DNA from: Tubiluchus corallicola
Taxonomy: Eukaryota > Animalia > Priapulida
Direction of reading: 5' to 3'
DNA length: 64,000 nucleotides
Assembly (NCBI GenBank): GCA_030141605.1
Contig: JAQGDQ010000238.1
Location: 124,001-188,000, forward strand
The translations under genes were made by a program, and so were the position numbers. This document shows, in pieces, positions 43,053-53,490 of this stretch. Positions within the stretch are counted from its first letter, which is position 1, and every line of letters starts with the position of its first letter. The notes under the pieces are model-generated. The model did not search any database. It was not told the DNA's origin and saw only the letters and a list, made by a program, of their open reading frames with translations.

Positions 43053-46000
43053 CTACAATAATAAAGCAATTATTTTACTGGTGATCAAAATTATTTACAG
43101 AACAATGGGATTATTCAGTAATTGAGTCCATGTTTTTTTTAGAAAGAGGAATCTATGCAGGCAATAGAGATAATTCAGAAATTGAGTTCATGTTTTTCAG
43201 TATGCTATTCCTCATAAAATTCAAATGCGCAGTAATTTTAATAGTTGCACAGCAAAAGTAAAACTTAGCATTATTCTTGAGCAAGTCAATATCTCCAAGA
43301 TTTGCAACGGTTCCTTTTAGAATGATTTTACTATTATTATCGTGATATGATTTTAAAGCAACTTTTTGAAATGAGTGCACTTGTTCTTTTTGCAATTTTT
43401 TCCGAAATGCTAAATAAATGGCAATAAACTGAATTCTTAAAGCAGGACTCGAGCTATGATTACAATTATTCTACACAAAAAGTTACTGAATGATTGATGA
43501 CAGCTCAAGTCATGGCTTAAAGCACAAGAAAACCATCCATTTACATAAAGTTTAAAAAATACGTCTTGAAATCTTGTGCTACTTACATATTGCTTTTATT
43601 GCATACAGGACCTGCATCAGCAGTTGAAAATTAATAAATTTTCTTTTCTAGTTACATAATACTTTCAAACAGTTATATAACGAAAAATTTTTTGGGACAT
43701 AGGTTAACTACATTTTCTTTTCTTCCCATGATTTATTTTGTGCTTATATCATCAACACAAAGATCAGCATTATAGATACAATCATGGCGCCATCAGATCA
43801 ATATTGTTAGAAATTTAAAATGAAAACGAACGAAAATGCCCTTTAACGCGAGTACGACACATGCACAAAATTGCTGTAAACTAATATAATTTTCTAAAGC
43901 GTTTTTCCGAAACCTAATTCAGGTACTCCTTTTCTTGTCCTTTAAAAGTTTTTCTCTTTTCAACATATTTGATTTCATCGCTAAGTTTAAATTTATTGCA
44001 ATTTATGTTCACATTCACGAACGTGCAATGTACTGCAATGTTACATGCAACATACATTTAACATGTAACATGCAATATACATTTCTATGCAGAAAGTCAG
44101 ACTTGTCCAGCATCCAGCACTCATTATCGGGTTTTATTTAATGTTGATCGTTGTGGCAGGACCAAAACCTAATTCATCAAGGTTAATGTTTTAAAATGAG
44201 GAGCTAAATTGACAAAGTTATCTCAGCTCTATTGTAACATGAATGAGCCTTCTTCAACGAGTTAAATATAGCGAGAACCAGCACAATGAAAGAAACCAAC
44301 AAATGAATCTGATGATTATCCATTCATTCACGTAAGGGCCGTTTTTTAAAGCAAAACCAGATCCAATCTTAAACTGCAGGTCAAAACAAGCTACTATTTA
44401 AAATATTGAAAGGAAATATACTACTTTTTCAAAAATTACTTACGTGAAAGAATTATTACCACACAAACACAATTTTGCATTCGCGCCACTAGTTCTTCTC
44501 TCTTAATGCAGTTCGCCATTCGCTAATTGGACGGTAAACAACGGCAAATTTGAAATTTGAATTTTTATCTTAAAACTTGCCGAGTTTTAGTACAATACGC
44601 TGAATATCTTACAGTAGCACTGTACATAAATTTTCGTTTTCGCAAAAACACATGCAACACGCACGTGGAATAACTTTGCTGTTGAATTATGTTAGTTTGT
44701 GATGTCATCAATAGTTGAGCACGTCCGCCGTTAATTAACTTTTTAATCTATTATTTAAATATCAGAAACGCTTTTGCAGTATTAATTGGGTTGAAATGTA
44801 TACTTTTTATTGGACTTAAAAATGGAGTAGTATATGACAAATCATCCTGTCTATCTTTAATTTTGACTACTGTATATATAAGTAACTACATCTGTGTGCT
44901 ATTGTCAGCTATTGCCAGCATCAGATATTACTCAGCTATTGCCAGCACCTCGTGAATATGTATCTGCAAATGTATGACTGAAATGTAAATATTAAGATTT
45001 TGTGTCAATCAGATATAACAGATTGGTATGAACTAGGAAATGACAGATTAGTAAGGTAACATCACAGGCAAATATTAGGTTCCGGTCCGGAAGCTACGCA
45101 TTATCAAAACGTACAATACCTGCTACATTGGCATGTTGAAAGTTCATGCAATTTACACTTTGGCTAAATGTCACTGTGCACTCACATACAATAATGGTGT
45201 TCCAATACATGAGGTTTCTTTAACTGTTTTCATTTTAAAGTAAATTTTTATGGTTCAGTGATCAAGAAATGTCCTACTGAAATATTAACAGATATTATAA
45301 ACATAGTACAGCATCATACATAGTAATAACATATAAGATAATATTACCTGTATATTCCAAATGTACCAGTTTACGATGTTTATTAAGATCTCTCATGTTG
45401 CCAGTTGTGAAATCACATTTAGGACACTGTATATGGATGGACACTACAGGTAAATGAAAATGCATGATAATTATTACTTAGACAAAAATGTAGATAATAC
45501 TAAGCTGATAAGCTGACAGTATTATACAGTGGAACCTTGACTTACGAAAACCCTATTATACGAAAAATTCAGAAAACGAATCGGGCTTCGAAGAAATTTC
45601 CGGCCCATTTAACGCAAAAATATTCCAGATACGAAAACGAAAATCGAAAGTGCCGCCCGATTGTGGTCCTCCCAGAAAACATTTCGTAGCATCACGTGAA
45701 TGCTCTGCAGGTGAATGCTTTGTTGTGCTCTTATCTTACACATTCGCCAACTTGAAAGGCAAAGTGTCATTATTCGTAGCAACATTTATTATTATTATTC
45801 ATTGATTTTTTTATTTTTTCATTGTTTTTTAACATTCATGTAAATGATAATGTGTCATTAACGAACATATTTCTTTTGGGCGGGTACAATATTTACACTT
45901 TTTTCGACTGTTTTTTTATGTCTGAAACGAATTACGCCATTTATAGGGTACATAACCTTGTCACATAATACGAAAATTCTAAGATACGAAAGCCCCTCCG

Positions 46001-49000
46001 GAACGAATTAATTTCGTATCTCGAATTACGCCATTTATAGGGTACATAACCTTGTCACATAATACGAAAATTCTAAGATACGAAAGCCCCTCCGGAACAA
46101 ATAAATTTCGTATCTCGAATTACACCATTTATAGGGTACATAACCTTGTCACATAATACGAATATTCTAAGATACGAAAGCCCCTCCGGAACGAATTAAT
46201 TTCGTATCTCGAATTACATCATTTATAGGGTACATAACCTTGTCACATAATACGAAAATTCTAAGATACGAAAGCCCCTCCGGAACGAATTAATTTCGTA
46301 TCTCGAATTACACCATTTATAGGGTACATAACCTTGTCACATAATACGAAAATTCTAAGATACGAAAGCCCCTCCGGAACGAATTAATTTCGTATCTCGA
46401 ATTACGCCATTTATAGGGTACATAACCTTGTCACATAATACGAAAATTCTAAGATACGAAAGCCCCTCCGGAACGAATTAATTTCGTATCTCGAATTACG
46501 CCATTTATAGGGTACATAACCTTGTCACATAATACGAAAATTCTAAGATACGAAAGCCCCTCCGGAACGAATTAATTTCGTATCTCGAATTACACCATTT
46601 ATAGGGTACATAACCTTGTCACATAATACGAATATTCTAAGATACGAAAGCCCCTCCGGAACGAATTAATTTCGTATCTCGAATTACACCATTTATAGGG
46701 TACATAACCTTGTCACATAATACGAAAATTCTAAGATACGAAAGCCCCTCCGGAACGAATTAATTTCGTATCTCGAATTACACCATTTATAGGGTACATA
46801 ACCTTGTCACATAATACGAAAATTCTAAGATACGAAAGCCCCGCCCACTGTATCTGATAATGCAGTACATTGAAATAAACTTTTAATTGCCTTTTAGGAT
46901 TCCTCTAAAAAGTCAGGTTTGAGAGTTTGAGTAACAGACTAACAAGCTTCTATGCTTCAACAACACCGGGTCTCTCTCTCTTTCTCTCCTTCCTTCCCTT
47001 CCCTCTCTCTACCCCCTCTCTCCCCCCTCTCTCTCTCAGTATAGCTCTACTAGTCTACAATTTCCACACTAACTTATTCAACACAACTTATTGTCTGTTC
47101 TGTGCTCAGTACTGATAAGGGTATAACTGTGCATACATCCAATCGTATGCTATACGATACTTTGTTTTACACATCGGATACATTACCAGGCATCAATCGC
47201 ATCGAATGCTTACAATCACTCGCTTACCAGGTGTCTGACATCGCATCTCTTTAGCACGATGATTTTCCAAACCCAGTTCCTTTGCATACGAATCGCCATA
47301 AAACACCAGTAGTTCAACAGCCTCTGGTACAGTTTCAAATGATCTATAGTATATTCCACCCTTATACTGAAAAGCTATGAGATTTTGTTCTTCATCACAT
47401 CTTGCGCAGTTCACGTATCTCATCCAATTCGACTTACTTTTCTTTTCCGCATCTATATAGTGCGATACCTTGCCATGCTTCATGATCTAAACATAAAAAT
47501 TATTACTGATATATAAAAATGCATTTTGCACAAAGGATTGTACTAAAAAACATGTCATGTTTGTTACCAAGTTAAGTGAAAAATTAAGTATATCTACAGA
47601 GAAAAAATAAAAATAGAGATATATAAGAATCCAATTAAAACCTATAAGAGTCTACAAAGGCAAAGAAGTTACATTATTTGACATCCATGAACAAGTGTTT
47701 TGTACATAGAGGGAAGTGAATAAAGCATAATGCATACAGTACATACTGCCTATATAATTTAAACAAACATTCATGTGTCTGGATCAGTCTGGTGAATTTT
47801 TAGACCTTAGAATTAAAACAATTGCGTTTTTTGTTCCAAAGGGTTCAATGAGGCCTGCTAATAACACTTGAGTGACACTGTTGTGCAAATTCGACAAAAT
47901 TTGAAATGATCACACTTTTACCTGCCAACAGTAACCGGTGATATGTGCCTCATTTTCACTGATGTGACGCACCACGCCTTTATAAGGTCCAAATACCCAA
48001 CCTGCAGGTACAGGTTTCTCTGTCCAGACTCCAAGACCAGCACCTCTAATAGCAGACAGACCAACGGAAAGAAAATCAGGGATTGTAGCATCGGCATAAC
48101 TGCTGAAAGAATGTCCCTTTCCTACCTGATCGAAAGAGATAATGTCATTACCGGTAATTTGTTTACTTGGTTCGTAAAACAATCCATTTTGCACCAGAAT
48201 TTTAGACGACTGAATTGGATTAAACCCCTCATTTATAGATGAAAATGAAGATCTGCAATTACTATTATTACCTATATTTGCAAATGTCACACATTCTCAT
48301 CACTTCATTTAGGTTAAAAATATGACATTCGTAGTTTTGTTGCTTTAGTTTTCACATAAAAGCTATAATATATACTTACCTTAGTATCAGGTACGAAGTG
48401 CATAGGACCATGTACAGGACAATCGCCTTCATATTCCGTTTCACAGCGATCACAATCTACAAAAAATTCTAGTGTTATAACTTCCACTAAAAACAACATG
48501 AAGATGTTAGCAATTTATTTACCAGTTTTCATTAAAATTACTTTAGTGACATGATTTCCACAGAATGTAAATGCTCCACTTACATAGAAAATCGTCATCG
48601 TCTAGTAATTCTGGTTCAGCATAGTTCTTTCGTGGAATATTGCGCATAGAATAGCGACGTAGCCCTCTTTCCTTTGAGTCAGATTTTGTTTTTTGTTTTT
48701 CAGCATCATCTTTTGATGCACCCTCATCTAGATGTGCTTCTCTCTGAGGGGATGTCTCCTTTTGTTGGTAAATCAAAACCGTATCTGAATTCTCCTTGCC
48801 CACTTTGAGATCTGACACGTCTTTCTCCTGTTCTAGTAAATTGTCATTATCACACAATGGACTGTCAGTTTGATGTTCAAAGTTGGATCTCGCATCATGA
48901 CATACGCTGCTGTAAAGCTTATCCTCTTCTGCTCCACCAGAACAGCATTGCAGGTTCTGATGGGCTGCCTGGTTTGGCAAACTACATTCCTCTTCCACCG

Positions 49001-52000
49001 TGTCTAAAATACACAAAACGTTTCAACAAATATAACCAAATTTGTAAGAACAAAAACTATCACAGATAAACTATTATGACTATGTGTCATAAATTTATAA
49101 ATTATTATAAACTTAAAACACTTACATCTGATAAAAGTAACTTCTCAATCTCAGTCACTTGCAGTCAAAACTCATTATAATGCCACCTTTTATAATGCCA
49201 ACCTTGTTTGACGCCAATACTTTTTGCAAAACCTATGTCTCATTTTTGCACAGACATGTATAATGATATTAATTTACCTTGTTATAATGCCAAACTCATT
49301 TACGTCAACTTTTTTGCAGTCACAATATAGGCGGTATAAGAGGTTTGACTATATGTAGATAATGAACAGCATAAATGAAGATCTATTCTGCAAGCCTCAA
49401 TACAATACAATATTATATATCATATTATCAATAAAATATTATATCTGATCTGCTATGAGTTTATAGCATTTAAGCTTCGACAACATTATTCCCTACATAA
49501 AGCTAGCTGCCAAGCTTTGGAAAGTCAGGCAATTCTGATGGCAAAAAAGTGTAAATTGCCCATCTGTTACACCTTTAAAAGTAGTCCTTACCAAGCTTTC
49601 TATCGCAATGCATGTTTGTTCTTTCGACTCCTCGGTTGACTTTGCAATGGTTTCTTGTAGAAACAAAAATATTTTGCTGTGCAATTTTTTTCAACAGTGT
49701 CTTTTTTGTCTGTGTAGTTATCAGATGGTTGTTTTTTTTGTTCTTCTAGTCTTTCACTATTGGTATTATTCCATAGTGGCAATCACCTATGTAACTATAA
49801 CCTATCTATTTCTCATAGTCATCTACTTGCACTTGTTTTACCACTTTTGCTTTGCTCAGCCTTTTAATTTTGTTAGTGGTTTTTGGTGTCAAAAGTGATC
49901 TCACCAGTGATAAACTGCCACTTTACAGATTTTGGTTCCAAACATACCAGATCACGACTTTCCCGACAACCATATTTTTGTTTTTGTGTTTGTATCTTTT
50001 ATTTTGTTCTGAATCCACAGCAAATGGGCACAACTGCCTATCCCTGCCAAGAAGTTAATCGTTTTTAGTTTTCAACAGGCAACACAACATGATCAATACG
50101 TCTTTTTTAACTAACCGACATTCTCAGCGTAATGCATTACGTCTTCAAATGGGTGCTCATCTATCTGTTCTTCTTCTTCTTCTTCGTTATCATCGTCATT
50201 TTCACTAGTATTAGATGAACTCAAATCAGCATCAACGAAAGCTTTAGTGAAGTCCAATTCCCATTGAGCATCTACAACCAGGAAGAAATTGGAAGCACTA
50301 TCTACTACATTATGCAACACATTTACATCAACTGAGCAAAAATTAGAAAGGTCAACAAAACGTTTAGCCCAAAACATCGAGGACAAATTGAATGAAAGGC
50401 AACTTAGATGCAATTTTGGTCCAGAATTACATGCTGCATAATGTAGTGTTAATAAAAAATGAATTTTACACGTGACATACATGTAAAAAACAACCACCAT
50501 AGTCAAAAATGAAAACCACAGACTTAGCAATATTTCACTTGCCAAAATTGTCGAATGTTTTCAAGGGCAGCAAACAGTGAAGAAGTTGCTACCATCAATC
50601 AGTCAATGAGCTGTAGCAATTACCAGTTACAGACGTTTTTTCAAATGCCACAAAACAATAGGAATCCCATGCTTCGTGTGAGCAGCACGGGTTTGATACT
50701 CTCTCTGGGCGGAATCAAGTGAAAACTTGTAAAGGGAGGATGCACATCTGAATTTTGGCTGAGACACTGCTGCCAATTCAGTGAAAAGTCATGCTCTCAT
50801 CACGTAACAAATATGCCTTTGAGTATACCCTCGTTTTAAGTACTGTCTGGTGTGCAATGTGCCAGAGTGTATAAAAAACACCAGAAGAACAATGAAGTGC
50901 CCTAAAATTCTATAAAATTTGGCTACCTTTAATTTGGCGAACAGAAAAGCCATGAAATGAAAGTTCCAGTTGATCACTTATAAACAATGCTTCTACAATG
51001 GAGGAATTACCATGGACTGAAGTATGTGGAGCCACCAGCTAGGAAACAATAATTGACAGATTACGAAATTGTAAAATAAAATAAAGAATTAAAACAACAG
51101 AAAAAAATGAATCTTAACTTGCTTAGTAGTTTACATGTTTAGGAATCATTTTTCCTAACTGCTTAGGGACTGCTTAAAGATCAAATACAACATACTTTGT
51201 GAAGCTTCAGTTTTACACAAAAACAGAATGGAAATGCTCTAACTAGAATTTTCTGATATCTTTACTATTTCAACAGGTTTATGCAAAAGGAAATTGGGTA
51301 CGAAGGTGTTATTTCATAAGATTCCCCACATTTAACTCGCTAGACGATGCCAGCAAATTACGTGAAGTGCCATGTTTCCCTGTGTAATATTGTTTACAAA
51401 TTCAGCACCACAGAAACGACATGGTATCCAGGGAACCATTGCTTGCACAGTTATTTAGCATGTGATTTTCTGAAGTTTCAGAAGCAAAACCAAACAACAT
51501 GCTTTAGGAGATAATACAAGTTCGAAGCCCGATTTCATTAGGAAAGAAGCCGTGAAATTTAGTAAAATTAGTGTCAAATTTTAAGTTACTGTTAGTTCTT
51601 TTAATTAAAGAATACTTAATTTTGACCTCTAACAGCCAAAGCTGTTCTAAAATAAGGGTAACAGAACCTAGCATCTTATACATTGGTAACTAATCATGCT
51701 ACACTTACGCGTACGGTGCGTCAATAACACACATTACATGAATAAATATAACTAATTAGGCTTCTTTTTGCAGTTGCACCGCCCTCTTGTAGCAGCTCTA
51801 CATATCTCAAAAATTTTAAAAACATCATTAACACAGTGAACACCTGAAATACATTATACGAACTTTCTCATTAACCTTGTCACTTGCACCGCTTTTATTT
51901 ATAGCTAAAAAACTGTTGCGTCTTGCCGAGACTTGTTTTCTATCAATCACTTCCTCTTTAGATGGGACCCATTCATCATCACTATCATCAGCATCACTAT

Positions 52001-53281
52001 CAACATTGTCATCCGTATCGCTGGTGTCACATAGGGCGTTTCTTCTCTTGTTCTTGGTCGTCTGACTTGGTTTTCTTGGCAACATAAAATCAGGCTTCCG
52101 AGGGTTCAAGCCTGAAATATAAAGAAATCTGAGTTATAACAATATTTACGATTCTACTCATGACACCTCTACAAATTAATTTGAAGCTACACAATCCACA
52201 CATTGTCATATAAACTTTTGATTTGCAACTTGCATTTACTGGCAGCACCAGTGCTGCGCGGCTTGACTATATTGTACATTTTCTATGTCATTTTTAATCT
52301 TATAAACAGGTAGATGCGCTGTTTGCAAGCTTGTATTTAGCACTTAATGCGTGGCTAAACAATTTTCATTGTTCTAGGGTGACTGTGATTTAGCCTATCA
52401 TCAGAATAATCCTCTGAAACAACATGAGTTACTAAACCGAGAAGGCAACTCCTGGCAATTGCCCATCCATTTCTGAGAAATGGTCAACTTTACTTAACTG
52501 TCATAGCCAAAAAACGCCATCACCAATCAACCATTCCTCACTCTCTCAAGCAAACATTTCTACAAGGTGTATACAACGAACATACCTTTTCCAAAAAATG
52601 TATACTAAACAATGAAACCTGTTTAAAACAGGTGAGTAAAATGGTTGTAAAAGTAAACCTTTGATTACTAACAATGGCTAATAGATTCAGTCTGTTAGAC
52701 TGGTCAAAGACTGGTCAATCTGTTAGACTGGTAAAATGGGTCAAAGAACCTTCATCCCAAAGTGATTTATTAAACAGCACTTGCTGTTATTGAAACAGGG
52801 TTCCCACAAAATTTTAAAATAAGTTTTCCTGACTTTTCCCTGACCAATTACTAATTTTCCATGACCAAGATAAGTAGAAATTGCATTACCAGTATACATA
52901 TTCATACATTTTTGTGTATGGACATTCATCAGAAATCGAAACTGGGAGCCTGCTATAGCAAAATTTTATTTGAACACGAATAGCTGAAAAATATGTTTGG
53001 AAAGATATCGGTGCACGGTAACTATTTCTGTAATCCTTTCCAATTTCCCTGACTTTTCCATGACATTCCAGGATAGCCTGTAATTTCCAAGATTTTCCCT
53101 GACTGTGGGAACCCTGTTGAGACTTACCTAGTGAAACCATCATGTCATAATTCTCCTTGATGCTTCTAAATCGAAGCTTCTCTAAATCGCAAAAGGTATC
53201 AAACTCGTCTCCGAAATACATCCGCAAATCGTCATCATTTTCCACCTCTTCATCAGGTGCAGCAAGCTCAACGGCATCCAT
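42313..53281 (-). CDS. PRDM9: PRDM9-like histone methyltransferase, full-length (KRAB-SSXRD-zinc knuckle-PR/SET-post-SET ZF-C2H2 array); spliced gene, 9 coding exons, ~741 aa
   Basis: Exons 53281-53128, 52111-51864, 51038-51011, 49003-48584, 48456-48380, 48125-47922, 47486-47228, 45443-45348 and 43052-42313 join with GT-AG introns and matching phases. The total is 2226 nt with no internal stop. Domain order and motifs match vertebrate PRDM9/7. The 28-nt exon and the exon-2 donor are the least certain parts. Confidence 0.92.
42316..42755 (-). repeat. 84-bp coding minisatellite (zinc fingers 4-8)
   Basis: The blocks ATAAGGCTTCTCTCCTGTATGTGTTCTCAGATGA and GTAAATGCTTTATCACATTT recur almost identically every 84 bp (75 bp for the last unit). 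Confidence 0.95.
45348..45443 (-). CDS. PRDM9: PRDM9 exon: single post-SET C2H2 zinc finger (absent from the ORF track)
   Basis: TTTACCTGTAG acceptor. Reads (V)[31 protein letters not shown], a CxxC-x12-H-x4-H finger. CAG|GTAATA donor; 96 nt, phase 1/1. Confidence 0.85.
45527..46850. mobile_element. Non-autonomous Tc1/mariner (Tigger/pogo-like) MITE with internal tandem array, in a PRDM9 intron
   Basis: TA|CAGTGGAACCTTGACTTACGAA at the left end and CCACTG|TA at the right end, consistent with a TA target duplication. Subterminal TACGAA motifs. Confidence 0.75.
45928..46842. repeat. 94-bp tandem repeat, ~9.7 nearly identical copies
   Basis: The unit CGAATTACRCCATTTATAGGGTACATAACC...CCGGAACGAATTAATTTCGTATCT starts at 45928, 46022, 46116, 46210 ... 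46774. There are no spacers. Confidence 0.97.
47228..47486 (-). CDS. PRDM9: PRDM9 exon: PR/SET domain, C-terminal half
   Basis: [49 protein letters not shown]...[15 protein letters not shown] contains the PRDM9-type [15 protein letters not shown] motif. Acceptor TGTTTAG and donor G|GTAAGC, phase 1. Confidence 0.95.
47922..48125 (-). CDS. PRDM9: PRDM9 exon: PR/SET domain, N-terminal half
   Basis: VGKGH...[22 protein letters not shown]...GWVFGPYKG...GYCWQ includes the FGPY tyrosine. Acceptor CTCTTTCGATCAG and donor CAG|GTAAAA, phase 0/0. Confidence 0.93.
48380..48456 (-). CDS. PRDM9: PRDM9 exon: pre-SET zinc knuckle
   Basis: (Y)[25 protein letters not shown] gives a CxxC-x7-CxxHGP knuckle. 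TTTTTTGTAG acceptor and AAG|GTAAGT donor. Confidence 0.93.
48584..49003 (-). CDS. PRDM9: PRDM9 exon: acidic linker and SSXRD motif
   Basis: Acceptor TATTTTAG (phase 1). Ends [25 protein letters not shown], compared with the SSXRD pattern YSLRERK..AYKEVSEPQDDDYL. Donor T|GTAAGT, phase 1. Confidence 0.9.
49162..49351. mobile_element. ~190-bp Tigger/pogo-like MITE (degraded)
   Basis: Left CAGTCAAAACTCATTATAATGCC and right GGCGGTATAAGAGGTTTGACTA form an imperfect inverted repeat. Internal TTATAATGCCA motifs. Confidence 0.65.
51011..51038 (-). CDS. PRDM9: Putative 28-nt PRDM9 micro-exon (LVAPHTSVH)
   Basis: TTGTTTCCTAG acceptor and G|GTAATT donor. It converts phase 0 to phase 1, which is what is needed to join exon 2 to the SSXRD exon. 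No homology support. Confidence 0.5.
51864..52111 (-). CDS. PRDM9: PRDM9 coding exon 2: KRAB-B-like segment and acidic DSDDEWVP motif
   Basis: Acceptor TTTCAG, phase 1. (G)LNPRKPDFM...[14 protein letters not shown] parallels PRDM9 GLRATRPAFM...DSDEEWTP. The donor is either AAA|GTTCGT (exon ends 51864) or AAG|GTTAAT (ends 51876); both are phase 0. Confidence 0.85.
52796..53116. mobile_element. 321-bp non-autonomous DNA transposon (MITE, hAT-like termini)
   Basis: Perfect 13-bp TIR CAGGGTTCCCACA...TGTGGGAACCCTG. Repeated TTTTCCCTGAC subterminal motifs. Flanks TTGAAA and TTGAGA may be a 6-bp target duplication with one mismatch. Confidence 0.8.
53128..53281 (-). CDS. PRDM9: PRDM9 coding exon 1: ancestral KRAB-A domain
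   Basis: MDAVEL...[36 protein letters not shown] resembles the PRDM9/SSX KRAB pattern (DISIYF..EEW..M..WEK.RY.NVKRNY..L..IG). ATG at 53281 follows an in-frame TGA at 53338. Phase-1 donor G|GTAAGT at 53127. Likely acceptor TTTTTTAG at 53355. Confidence 0.88.
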
Positions 53282-53392
53282 GAAAAAGCTTGTCACGTCT
53301 ACTCTAACACTTTCACAGTTAGCAAATGTTGAGAATCAAACACTATTTTCTATCCTAAAAAAGTGTTACAGAGTAAAGCTGAAATACTTTCT

Positions 53393-53490
53393 TATGTGGT
53401 GATGTAACTCATATATATTATAATGTTGAGCTACACAAATATGTGGTGATGTAGCACATATATATTATAATGTTGAGCTAAACAAATATG
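53393..53490. repeat. 47-bp tandem duplication
   Basis: TATGTGGTGATGTA...TATATATTATAATGTTGAGCTA.ACAAA occurs twice in tandem. Confidence 0.85.

Noticed and set aside
44430-44565. Possible internal promoter in the last PRDM9 intron (ATTGG, TTTGAA twice, minus-strand GTAAGT)
   Set aside because: These short motifs are common in AT-rich DNA and have no independent support.
45928-46842. Regular repeat array that could be mistaken for a CRISPR array
   Set aside because: The units are contiguous 94-bp near-identical copies with no unique spacers. There are no cas genes, and the array lies in a eukaryotic intron inside MITE termini.
48126-48290. N-terminal part of the 126-aa SET ORF
   Set aside because: Intronic. 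The acceptor at 48126 gives PDTK|VGKGH, which fits PRDM9 knuckle-to-SET spacing.
51174-51632. Possible Kolobok-like element (TTAA-AGATCAAA ... TTTGACCT-CTAA)
   Set aside because: The inverted match is only about 8 bp with mismatches, too weak without a family consensus.
52886-53127. C-terminal extension of the 136-aa KRAB ORF
   Set aside because: It is read-through past the GTAAGT donor into a MITE.
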